A stretch of DNA of 64,000 nucleotides, from assembly GCF_964204645.1 (NCBI RefSeq), contig NC_134034.1, positions 4,438,914 to 4,502,913 on the forward strand, written 5' to 3'. The notes under the pieces were generated by a model. It saw only the letters and a list, made by a program, of their open reading frames with translations, was not told the origin of the DNA and searched no databases. A program made the position numbers and the translations under genes. Below, piece by piece: positions 53,670-64,000 of this stretch (positions are counted from its first letter, which is position 1; every line of letters starts with the position of its first letter). This DNA comes from Tubulanus polymorphus (taxonomy: Eukaryota > Animalia > Nemertea).

Positions 53670-54270
53670 CTATAATCGGCATGGGGTATGTTTAAACACT
53701 AACACCTCCTGATCAAACATTTTGTAAAGGATGAGCACATTGTGATCTAATACTGATGAAAGTGACATACAACTGAGGTCTTCTGTTTTGGTCAACACCC
53801 AAACTCCAAATGTCCGCTCATAACTGGCATCTACTTTTTCTAGCACGCAAAACATATCAACATCATTTACTACCAGCAAGAGTATAATATTTCCAAGTAG
53901 TAGTCCATATTCAGAATACGAAATCACTAGATGAAAATTACAACCAGCTTTGTACACAATGTTTTTCCAAGTTGCCTGTTTAACTCTTAGAACTTCGGAA
54001 TCACGTGCTATATACATTTCTAACACAATTACAGATATCAACACTATACAGATTATCAATAAATCTGGTTGCATTATCTCTATCAAAGATAAGCTCAGCA
54101 CCGTATAAACTACCATAAGCATATAACGCTTGTAAATACTGATGTTTCTCAGAAAGGGACAATAAGATGTTTTTGAAATTCTGTTTATTTCTAGCAGCTC
54201 GTTTGAAGTATGAGTGTTTTCCCTCCATTCTTAGAGTCCATACACGTATACGTGGCCCAAATGAGAGTTT
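53670..54270 (-). pseudogene. EnSpm transposase C-terminus (frameshifted, interrupted by LINE)
   Basis: FGPRIRVWTLRMEGKHSYFKR...NFKNILLSLSEKHQYLQA. Confidence 0.82.
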
Positions 54271-54349
54271 CAATATGGCGGAATGTATGTAGTCCGAATG
54301 ATATCGAGCTCCGTCATTTTTTAATTTTTCTTGAGGAAAACGTTATCGT

Positions 54350-55732
54350 ATGTTCAAGATGGTGAATGGATTAACAATGTTAAACCGTGAAAAATCTGTG
54401 AAATTTAATCTGAAGCAATTCACAAACGGGAAACTTACTCATTTGGATGTTCTTAATGCTGTTCGTGAAAAGGAACCTGAGGTAAATAAAATACTTTCAA
54501 TCCAGATCACAAACTTTGATTGCATAATTACAAGTGTGGATGGAGTAACCAGAGAGAAACTCAGTAAGGATGATCTGATGATTAAAGGAAACTGTATAAA
54601 ATTAACGGACGCAAACGTGAATTTATATAATGTAAAAATTGTGGATGCGCCGATCGAGATGGATGATGGAGTTATAGCTGCGTTTATGGCCAAATATGGG
54701 GATTATGTTAGCAACTCTGTCAAAAAAACTACGATCAAAGGAACTAATATTTACACTGGTTCTCGTTTTTTACAACTTTCTAGTGTTAATCAACCGATTC
54801 CGAATTTCACAAAAATCGGGAGTTATAACGTTAGGATATATTGTGACGGTGACATATGTCAAACATGTTTACTGGATGATCACAAATCATTTGATTGTCC
54901 AAAGAAAACTATTAAACCGCGACGTCTTTGCTATGAATGCAATTCTCCCAGTCACACGAAGTTTAATTGTCCGAAACTAAACCAGCCAATCACAGCGAAC
55001 GCAGAGACTACTGAACGTAATTCGCACAGCACCGAGAAACTGTCGTCAAATCCAATACCGGCCAACGTGAATCTTCAAAATAATAAAATTGTTATTCTTG
55101 GCGATTCAAACATGCGGAATGTAGAGTTACCAGGAGCTCAAATAACTCAACAGTCCGCGGCTACTGCGGAAAATATTAACCAGTTGATTGATCGTGTACA
55201 AAATAAGTCAGAAGTTACTGACGTCATAGTGCACTTAGGCACTAACGACGTTAACCGTCATAAATCCGATTCAGATATTATTAAGTTGAACGTGTCCGAA
55301 GCATTGGCCAAAGTTAATGAACATTTTGACAATGCAAAGATATACCTGTCGAGCATAATTCCCAAAACAGGAAATCCGGCTGCTGTTAAGGAATTTAATA
55401 CGGCTGTAAATACTGTAAATACATATTGCAGTAAACTATGTAACAAACAGAATATGGTTTACATCAACAATGATAACGTCTTCCAGCCTTCAGGTGGTAC
55501 CCGCGATCGGTACTACCTGATGAGTGACAAAACCGGTATACACTTAAATGACCAGGGCAAGGCAGCTTTAGTGCAGCAATTCAACGAAGCTGTTCGATAT
55601 AATAACAAAGAAACTATCGAACCTCCGTTAACGCCGGTTACTTGTTCAAAACGAAAACAGCGTTCTGTGTCTGAAACGCCTCCGTCTGCTGAAAAACAGA
55701 CAAAAAAGCCGAACATTAATAACGACATTTAG
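54350..55732 (+). CDS. LINE ORF1: RRM-like region, two CCHC knuckles and SGNH esterase
   Basis: CQTCLLDDHKSFDC and CYECNSPSHTKFNC; ILGDSNMR, HLGTND and GIHLN; intact 460 aa. Confidence 0.88.
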   Translation: MFKMVNGLTMLNREKSVKFNLKQFTNGKLTHLDVLNAVREKEPEVNKILSIQITNFDCIITSVDGVTREKLSKDDLMIKGNCIKLTDANVNLYNVKIVDAPIEMDDGVIAAFMAKYGDYVSNSVKKTTIKGTNIYTGSRFLQLSSVNQPIPNFTKIGSYNVRIYCDGDICQTCLLDDHKSFDCPKKTIKPRRLCYECNSPSHTKFNCPKLNQPITANAETTERNSHSTEKLSSNPIPANVNLQNNKIVILGDSNMRNVELPGAQITQQSAATAENINQLIDRVQNKSEVTDVIVHLGTNDVNRHKSDSDIIKLNVSEALAKVNEHFDNAKIYLSSIIPKTGNPAAVKEFNTAVNTVNTYCSKLCNKQNMVYINNDNVFQPSGGTRDRYYLMSDKTGIHLNDQGKAALVQQFNEAVRYNNKETIEPPLTPVTCSKRKQRSVSETPPSAEKQTKKPNINNDI

Positions 55733-56057
55733 GTGGCTTGGTTTATGACACCTCAGACCATAAATGTGTCTCGGTAGTATTGATATAAGTGACCGACTGA
55801 AGGTCATACAAAATGACCCTAACAATTTTTTTGATGAATCGGATGAAAATCCTTTAAATAATCACTGTCCGTATCTTGATGTAAATAAAGATTCGAGTGA
55901 ATTTAATTTCACACATGATAGACTGAATATTTTACAACTAAATATCCATAGTGTCAATAGTAAGCTTACTGACTTGAGGAATTCAATATATTTACTAGAA
56001 AACCAAGGCTGTAAACTACATTTAATCTTGTTGTGTGAAACTTTGATTACGGATGAT

Positions 56058-56480
56058 TGTTGTAAATTGAAGTCCGGTTTGCTGCTATAGAATTTTATTG
56101 TAGTCGAGTTTAGCTTTAGTACTGTAGGATTTGTAACCCTTCATTGAACCTCTCCATGCTTTGTTGTTACTAAGTCTAGTACATTATATATACAGTATAT
56201 ATTGAATATCTCACAGTTGAGCATTGGTCATTTTCGTAGAAACTTGCTCGAGGAGCTACAGTAATTGTAAGTAACGAATTTTTAGATTTGCTGTGGGTTA
56301 GTTTTCTTTGCATAAATTGAATTGATTACTTATATATATATTTTCATATTTGTAGCAAACCGGCATTATATGGCATAGTGCAGCATCGTTAGTTGCTAAA
56401 ATAAACACGCTGAGTTTGAAATGTAGCTGTGCTTTCGTGTTCAATAGATTTTCGAGGATTCGTTTCGTCGATTTAGAACA
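56058..56480 (+). repeat. BEL 5' LTR
   Basis: Matches 62135-62557. Confidence 0.97.
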
Positions 56481-56510
56481 TTATAGTTTCGAATTACTCG
56501 AAAGCTCATC

Positions 56511-59500
56511 ATGACCGATAACGAAGATTCAAATACTAGTAAAAGTAAGTCGTTGAAAGCCACTCGTACAAGTCTCGCTGGTTGGCTTACTCGTGCTATT
56601 GATGCTGCGGATTCAGTTCGCATATCGGCGGCTGTTGAACCAGCAAAGCAATGTATCACTGGATGTTTGCAAAATCTGCAAACTGCTCACGACAAGTTCA
56701 TGTCTGTACTCGAGAATGAAGAAGAAATCGAAACCGCTGGGCGTTGGATGGAGTGTTATTTCGATAAAGCTATGGTTGCTTTAGAAAGGTTAGACAATTT
56801 TGCTAAAAGAGACTCGTCTCTTGATCCGAATGCACCCGTTTTCCAAGCGTCGTCTACATCTTCCATGTCGCATCCAGTTGCAGAGGATCTTTCAGAGAAT
56901 GTCGTGACGAATGCTGTAAACAACTCGTCGCTTAGGACCATTGATGCGTGGATCGATGATTTGGTCGAAGGAGTCGAAACTATAGTAAATGTGGAATCAT
57001 CAACCTCCCTGGAAGAAGCCGTTATCAAGATGGAGATTGATCGAGATTTACCGAAAGTTGGTCTCCCGATGTTCGACGGTTCACCACTTGTATGGCCAAG
57101 GTTCATTGAGCAGTTTTATGTGCAAGTACATAATCGTCCCGGGATCAAAGATTCCAGACGTCAAGACCTTCTGCAGTCGCATGTGAAAGGTGAGGCCAGA
57201 GAGCTCATTCAAGGTCTTGGGTTTAGTGGTTGTAATTATGCACGCTCCCTTAAGGAGCTAAAGTTTGTGTTTGGACACAGAGTACACGTAGCTAGGGCTT
57301 ATATTGGATCAATTACGAACGGTCCACCCACAAATTCATATGATTCAATATCATTACGTTCCTTTTACATTAGTGTGAGAGATTGCTTAATTACTCTAAA
57401 ACAAATGAATTATCTTTCTGAAATTGGCAGTAGTGATTTATTACAGAAAGTTGTAAAACGTATCCCGATTGACAAGCGTTCAAAATGGAACGAATTCGTT
57501 AGACGTATATCTCGACAACGAGATCCTACATTGTTTGATCTAGAAAGTTGGCTCAAAGATTGTGTTGACGCTGACTTCGGTCCATTTTCATTACAACAAA
57601 ATAGGTTGAAATTGAAACGTAATAATTTTTCTAGTAATGCTTTAGGATCACGGAAAATCAATGTGAATAATTCCACGAAACAGATGTCTAGCAGTTGCGT
57701 GTCAGGTGGGAAAATATTTGAATGTGTTATTTGTTCAGGTAGTCATTCTGTGAGTAATTGTGGAGATTTCATTGATAAATCGGTAGATGAAAGATTTGCT
57801 CTAGTCAAGAGATTACGTTTGTGTATTAATTGTTTGTCACCTGGTCATTTCATTGCGACTTGCAAATCTCTTTCTTGCTGTAAAGAACCAGGGTGTGGCA
57901 AGAGACATCATACACTGCTTCATGTTAAACGTAAAATCAAAATTAATGATATTGAACAAAAGAATCAAACTCAGAATCTAGACACTTGTAATAGTGAATC
58001 GCAAGCCAGTAGTAGTCAAGGTGTAGCACCTAGCGCAATAGAACGCAATATAGTTCTTGGTCTCGATAGTAATTGTTCTGACGTGTATTTTCAGGTTTTG
58101 CCGATTGTGGTTCAGGGTGCTAACGGAAGACGTATATCGACGTATGGTCTGCTGGATTCTGGGAGTGACGTGACATTAATCCGTGAAGATCTGGCTATTG
58201 ATTTAGGGTTGTCTGGTAAAAAACAAGTATTGACTATCAACACACTTCACTCAAGCGATGCACAGTTATCTCGCCGTGTTTCCTTTACCGTTCGAAGCAA
58301 TGATCCTTTGTCAGAAATCATTCATGTGTCCCAAGCATGGACTACATCTGGTAATATCAGTTGTCCACTTCAGAAATATAATGAATTTTCTCCTCATAAG
58401 TTGAAACATTTAGAGGGTCTGCGATTTCCTGATACATTCCCACGTCAGGTTAAAGTACTTTTGGGTGCAAATGTACCTAGAGCACATATACAATTAGAGG
58501 TAAGGGAAGGGACATCAAATCAGCCCTTAGCTATTCGGACTAGATTAGGGTGGTGTTTGTTTGGGAACATGTCAAATGACTTGTGCGATGTTCACGTCCA
58601 TTCAATTGTTTCGGAATGCTCTCTTGTTGATGAAAATTCACTCTCACGACAAATTGAGAACTTTTGGTCAACAGAATCCTTTGGTGTAACTTACCCTGAT
58701 AAGATTGGATCGGTTGAAGATCAAAGAGCTCTTAAAATTCTTGAAGAAACAACCCAACTTGTGGGTGATCATTATCAAGTAGGTATGCTATGGAGAGATG
58801 AAAATAGTGTTTTACCAAATAACTTTCCATTAGCTAAGAGAAGATTTGACTTGCTAACAAACCGCCTGTGTAAAGATTCTGTAATTAAAAATGGCTATTG
58901 TGATACACTTAATGGCTATATTTCCGCTGGGTATGCTCGAAAGTTGACTCCTGAGGAAGAAATTATTTCGACACCTAGAACTTGGTACCTTCCTCACCAT
59001 TGCGTTTTGAACCCGAACAAGCCGGGTAAATTTCGGGTAGTGTTTGATGCAGCTTCGCAGTTCAGGGGTTCTTCGTTAAAGAACTTACTAATGACAGGCC
59101 CTGATCTGTTAAATAGTTTGTTTGGTGTCTTACAAAGATTTCGTTTATTTGAAACAGCGCTTGTTGCGGACATACAAGCGATGTTTCATCAAGTGAGAAC
59201 CTCTGAAAGCGAATCTGAATCATTGAGATTCCTTTGGCGGCCAGATGGCTCATATGGTTCTCCGGAGGTTTTTAAGATGTTGGTGCACATTTTCGGTGCT
59301 CGAGACTCGCCTTGTTGTGCGAATTACGCTCTAAAAAGATCAGCTCGTGATAACATTGATTGTTTTAGTAGCATCGCTGTAAATTCTGTCTTGCGAAATT
59401 TCTATGTGGATGATTTTCTCAAGTCAGTTCCTGGTGATAGCAAAGCGTTGCAATTAGCTTATGAGGTAAAAGATATTCTTGCTAAAGGAGGTTTCCATCT

Positions 59501-61983
59501 CACAAAGTGGATGTCATCAAGTAAATGGGTCCTATCCCAAATTCACCCTGAAGAACTTGCTAACCCTTCGTTAGACCTAGACTTAGGTGACTTATCAGTA
59601 GAACGGACTTTAGGTGTGAAATGGAACGCTCAGAATGATTCCTTTGTATTTAAACCTGTTATCAAAGATGTTAAACTTACTAAACGAGGTATCATAAGCG
59701 CTGTCTCATCCATTTTTGATCCATTAGGTTTCCTATCACCATTCATACTTAGGGCCAAGTGTTTGATTCAAGATATATGGCGGTCTGGGTTCGAATGGGA
59801 TGAAGATATTTCTGGGGACTTATTGGTAACCTGGGATGAATGGCAAAATGAGTTGAAGTTGTTGCATGAGCTGAAAATTCCTCGTCACCATGAGTTGTTT
59901 TCTCCTTCTGTTAGTAATGTACGGTTGCATTTGTTTAGTGACGCGTCCGAGAGGGCATTTGGTAGTGTAGCATATTTGCGTTATTTGATTGATAGTTCAT
60001 TTCAAACTACCTTTCTCGCTTCAAAAACTCACTTAGCTCCTACAAAACATCCTTGTGCAAGGTGCAGTTATGTCGGTTCGTTTGGGTGAGGTTTTGAAGC
60101 GAGAACTGTCAGAAATTTGTGACATTGAAGTCTCTTATTGGACTGACTCACAAACTGTTTTACGATATATTCGTAATGAAAAAAAAAGATTCAAGATTTT
60201 TGTAGCCAATAGAGTGGGGGAAATTCGTGAAATATCATCAGTTAATCAGTGGATGTATATTGCATCCGAGTCGAATCCTGCTGACGATTGCTCAAGGGGG
60301 CTTTTAGCTTCTGATCTGACTTTTTCGCATCGCTGGTTTGCAGGTCCAGAATTTCTCCGTGTTCCTGAAAAGCAATGGCCGTCTCAGCCTGATCTAGGTA
60401 TCATTTCAGATATAGATGAAAATCTCAAGAAAACTAAGCTAGTGAATAAAGTCTTAGCATTTCCTCAGGCTGAGCCAGTCATTGACTTAACGGGTCTTGT
60501 ACAGCCGGAGGATTATTCTCGTTGGTACCCTTTGTTACGCAGAACAGCTTGGATTTTAAGGGCTATCAGGAATTTTGCCTCACACGTTCCACGTTTGGGA
60601 TATACAGCTGTAAAAGCAAAAACTTTGACAGTGGAAGATTTTGATTTTGCGGAAACATGCTTAGTTTCTCAAGCCCAACGTGACTCATTCCCAGAGGAGT
60701 TCTCTTTCCTTAAAAAGGGGAAGTTAAAGGATCATAGTTCTTTGCGCTGTCTTGATCCAGTTTTTGATGGCTCCTGTATCAGAGTAGGTGGAAGGATTCA
60801 CAATGCTCCAAATGTTTCCGTAGAGGCGCGCCATCAGTTGCTTCTCCCTTTCTCTCATCATATCACGGAGCTTCTTGTACGAAAAGAACACCTTATTCAT
60901 TTCCATGCTGGTCCAGAGCACTTGATTTCATTAGTTCGTCAAAAGTACTGGCCAATTAAAGCTAGATCTGTCGCAAAGCGTGCGATTTCGCGGTGCTTCG
61001 GTTGTCGTCGTCGATTAGCTAAGCCTAGAGCTCCTTTTATGTCGGATTTACCCGCACATAGAATTACTAGCCATTGCAGACCCTTTCATTTTAGTGGGGT
61101 AGACTATTTTGGCCCTTTATTCATCAAAAGAGGGCGTTCTACAATCAAAGTATGGGTTTGCTTATTCACGTGTTTAGTAACTCGTGCAGTACATTTGGAA
61201 GTAGCTGACTCAATGGAAACTGACACATTTTTACTAATTCTGAGGAATTTCATTGGGCGACGTGGTCAGCCGAGTCATATTTATAGTGACAATGGTTCCA
61301 ACTTTGTTGGAGCTGAGCGAGAGTTAAGAGAATGTTTAACACAATTAAATCAATCTCGTATTTCTAATTTTTGTCATGAAAAGGGTATTAAATGGACCTT
61401 TAATAGTCCCTGTGCCCCCCATTTTGGTGGGGTTTGGGAGAGATTGGTTCGAACGGTAAAGGCGGCTATCAAATCAGTCCTTAAAGGACAATCATTTCCT
61501 GAAAACGTGCTGCGAACAACGCTTATAGAAGTGGAAGCATCTGTTAATAGTCGACCTTTAACTTATAATAGCGTGGATCCTGCAGATTTTACACCCATTA
61601 CACCAAACCACTTTTTACACGGGGGTGCTAGTTCTGTCGTGGCCCTTGGAGTATTTCATGAGCGTGAAATCAACAGTAGGAAAAGATGGCGTCAGTCCCA
61701 GGTTCTGGCAGACCACTTTTGGCGTCACTGGCTGAAAGAGTATTTGCCACCCTTAACCATGAGAAGCAAGTGGCTAGAAAATACAGAAAATGTCAAATTA
61801 GGTGACTTAGTGTTAATCAAAGACAAAGACATTCCTCGTGGTCAATGGCCATTGGGTCGTATTATTGAAGTTTATCCTAGTCCTAATGATGGACGAATTC
61901 GTTCGGTAAAAGTAAAAACCTCTTCGTCAGAATATGTTCGACCAGTAGTTAAGCTTTGCGTATTGGAAGAGAGTATTGTATAA
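56511..61983 (+). pseudogene. BEL gag-pol polyprotein broken by one deletion/frameshift at ~60050
   Basis: Gag with triple Cys-His knuckles, LLDSGS protease, YLPHH and FYVDD RT, FSDAS RNase H, GVDYFGP/SDNG/GGVWE integrase; the conserved IPRLEL motif is missing at the ORF junction. Confidence 0.93.
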
Positions 61984-62134
61984 TTATCTTGATTAAATTT
62001 GTATTTGTATGTGCGAGATAATTACTTATATTTGATACGACAATAATATGTATTTGAAGTAATCATGTAATCTTTGTAATATGATATCGTTATATTTTCA
62101 AACACCGTCTGATACGGATGTTTAGGAGGTGCTG

Positions 62135-62557
62135 TGTTGTAAATTGAAGTCCGGTTTGCTGCTATAGAATTTTATTGTAGTCGAGTTTAGCTTTAGTACT
62201 GTAGGATTTGTAACCCTTCATTGAACCTCTCCATGCTTTGTTGTTACTAAGTCTAGTACATTATATATACAGTATATATTGAATATCTCACAGTTGAGCA
62301 TTGGTCATTTTCGTAGAAACTTGCTCGAGGAGCTACAGTAATTGTAAGTAACGAATTTTTAGATTTGCTGTGGGTTAGTTTTCTTTGCATAAATTGAATT
62401 GATTACTTATATATATATTTTCATATTTGTAGCAAACCGGCATTATATGGCATAGTGCAGCATCGTTAGTTGCTAAAATAAACACGCTGAGTTTGAAATG
62501 TAGCTGTGCTTTCGTGTTCAATAGATTTTCGAGGATTCGTTTCGTCGATTTAGAACA
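62135..62557 (+). repeat. BEL 3' LTR
   Basis: Matches 56058-56480; followed by TSD ATGAT. Confidence 0.97.
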
Positions 62558-64000
62558 ATGATAATGTAGGCAAAATTAATATACCAGGTTATCATAAACC
62601 CATAGAAGAGCACCGAACAACCACCACAGGAGGAGGTGTCGCCATCTATGTACGTGAGGATTTAAAATTTGTAGAAAGAAAAGACCTCAGAATTTTTAAA
62701 ACTGGCCAATTCGAATCTTGCTTTGTAGAATTGGATGATAATATAGTGGGAGAAATATACAGAATTCCTGGAACCAGTGAAGACCAGTTTATTAAAGACT
62801 ATCAAAAGTGCATAGAAAATATCAAAAAAGAAAACAAAAAAATTATAATCGGTACTGATCAAAATCTCGATTATCTCAAGATGGATAACCACGCTAACAC
62901 TGCTAAATTTTTTGATTTAAATTTAACTAATGGTTTATATCCAACCATTTTAAGACCTACGCGGATAACCTCGACTACCGCAACCCTTATAGATAATGTC
63001 TACGTTGATACAGACATAAAGGGGAAATTTCTTCAGCAATATTATTGGCCCATATGTCAGACCATCTACCATGCCTTACATCTATCGAAAAAATTTGTTG
63101 TACAAAAAACATGAGACTTTTATGAAGAGAAATCTTACTGAAAGAAACTTGAATTTTATTAAACGTGCGCTAACAACTGTTGACTGGTCACCATTACACA
63201 GTTTAAACAGTAACGATGCATATATGTATTTTAATAAAACATTGATTGGTATAATCGACTTCTACGCTCCGAAACAGAGTGTACGAAATCGTAATGTATA
63301 TGCCCGAGAGGCATGGATGACCCCGAGTCTTATTAATTCGTCACATAAATGTAATGCATTATATAAATCTGTAATAGGTCTTGACAAAAGTCACCCCCGT
63401 TTTAAATCTTATATTGTATATCGTAATGTTTACAACTCCGCCAAGAGAAAAGCCAAGCAACAATTTTATAGCTCCAAATTACTGAAATTTAATAGAAATA
63501 GCCGTAGATTATGGATAACAATGAAAGAAATTATAGGGAAAACCCCCAATAAGAATTGTGTACCCGATAACTTTAATATAAATGGTAAACCCTGTAATGA
63601 CAGACAACGTATAAGCAATGGTTTCTGTAAATACTTTAGTACTATTGGAAGTAAACTTTCTAAAGATATGTCGAATAATAATGATCAGTTTGATAAATTT
63701 ATGCCAAAAGACCTGAACAATAATTTCTACATGTTTCCGACGGATGAAATTGAAGTACGTAAATTGATCTCGTCGTTAGAACCAAAACAGTCTACTGGAC
63801 ATGACACTATTAATAATTTATTATTGAAGAATATTGGTTCTTACATATCTAAACCACTAGCAGATATTTTTAACAAGTCTTTAGAATCTGGTATTGTTCC
63901 AGAATATTTTAAATTAGCTTGTGTAACTCCATTATTTAAAAAGGACGATAATCGAGAATTTTCGAACTATCGACCCATATCGTTATTACCATGTGTATCA

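Larger units (their letters stand above)
48597..54270 (-). mobile_element. EnSpm/CACTA (CMC) DNA transposon, 3' portion; remainder presumably beyond the LINE insertion
   Basis: Terminus CACTGTAAAAA at 48597 with subterminal TTCCGACG repeats; transposase C-terminus and accessory gene on the minus strand. Confidence 0.85.
56058..62557 (+). mobile_element. BEL/Pao LTR retrotransposon, full length and young
   Basis: 423-bp LTRs (56058-56480, 62135-62557) identical by eye; TGTT...AACA-type TG/CA ends; 5-bp TSD ATGAT. Confidence 0.97.
54266..64000 (+). mobile_element. Non-LTR retrotransposon (CR1/L2 group, Crack-like) with intact 5' end; continues beyond window
   Basis: Short 5' UTR with ATGGCG, ORF1, then ORF2 APE-RT; left boundary approximate. 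Confidence 0.88.
55764..64000 (+). pseudogene. LINE ORF2 (AP endonuclease-RT), interrupted by BEL and by two frameshifts at ~63025 and ~63115
   Basis: LQLNIHS..LLCET, GGGVAIYV, GTDQN, PTRIT..TLIDN, SDHLP and NYRPISLLP; removing BEL plus one TSD restores the frame (ITDD|NVGK). Confidence 0.9.

Noticed and set aside
60055-60089. Programmed ribosomal frameshift in BEL
   Set aside because: BEL normally has one ORF and a conserved motif is deleted here, so this is a lesion

Overview
Repeat-rich eukaryotic (invertebrate animal-like) genomic DNA; the species cannot be determined from the sequence. Host genes: an intact five-exon carnosine synthase 1-like gene (10452-17375, +, 909 aa as spliced by eye) and a 51-aa secreted peptide precursor that is absent from the ORF track (45173-45328, -). 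The rest is mostly mobile DNA: (1) a decayed Ty3/Gypsy element (1-9454, -) whose LTRs contain long (TA)n tracts; (2) several MITE/foldback elements and a Penelope-type palindrome with a hammerhead ribozyme core; (3) a ~14 kb left-truncated Polinton/Maverick (adintovirus-like) endogenous virus (~27719-41682) inserted into a Merlin transposase, encoding integrase, packaging ATPase, major and minor capsid proteins, several membrane proteins, a putative SSB and pPolB; (4) a nested stack in which an EnSpm/CACTA element holds a CR1/L2-group LINE, which holds a very young BEL/Pao element. Best leads: the Polinton genes carry two classes of poxvirus-like TAAATG promoter motifs that sort by gene function, and the element ends in a 410-bp fold-back, suggesting a virophage-like parasite of a cytoplasmic large DNA virus; and the hidden disulfide-looped, probably amidated peptide. 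Everything was read by eye; no database searches or folding programs were run, and family comparisons are from memory.
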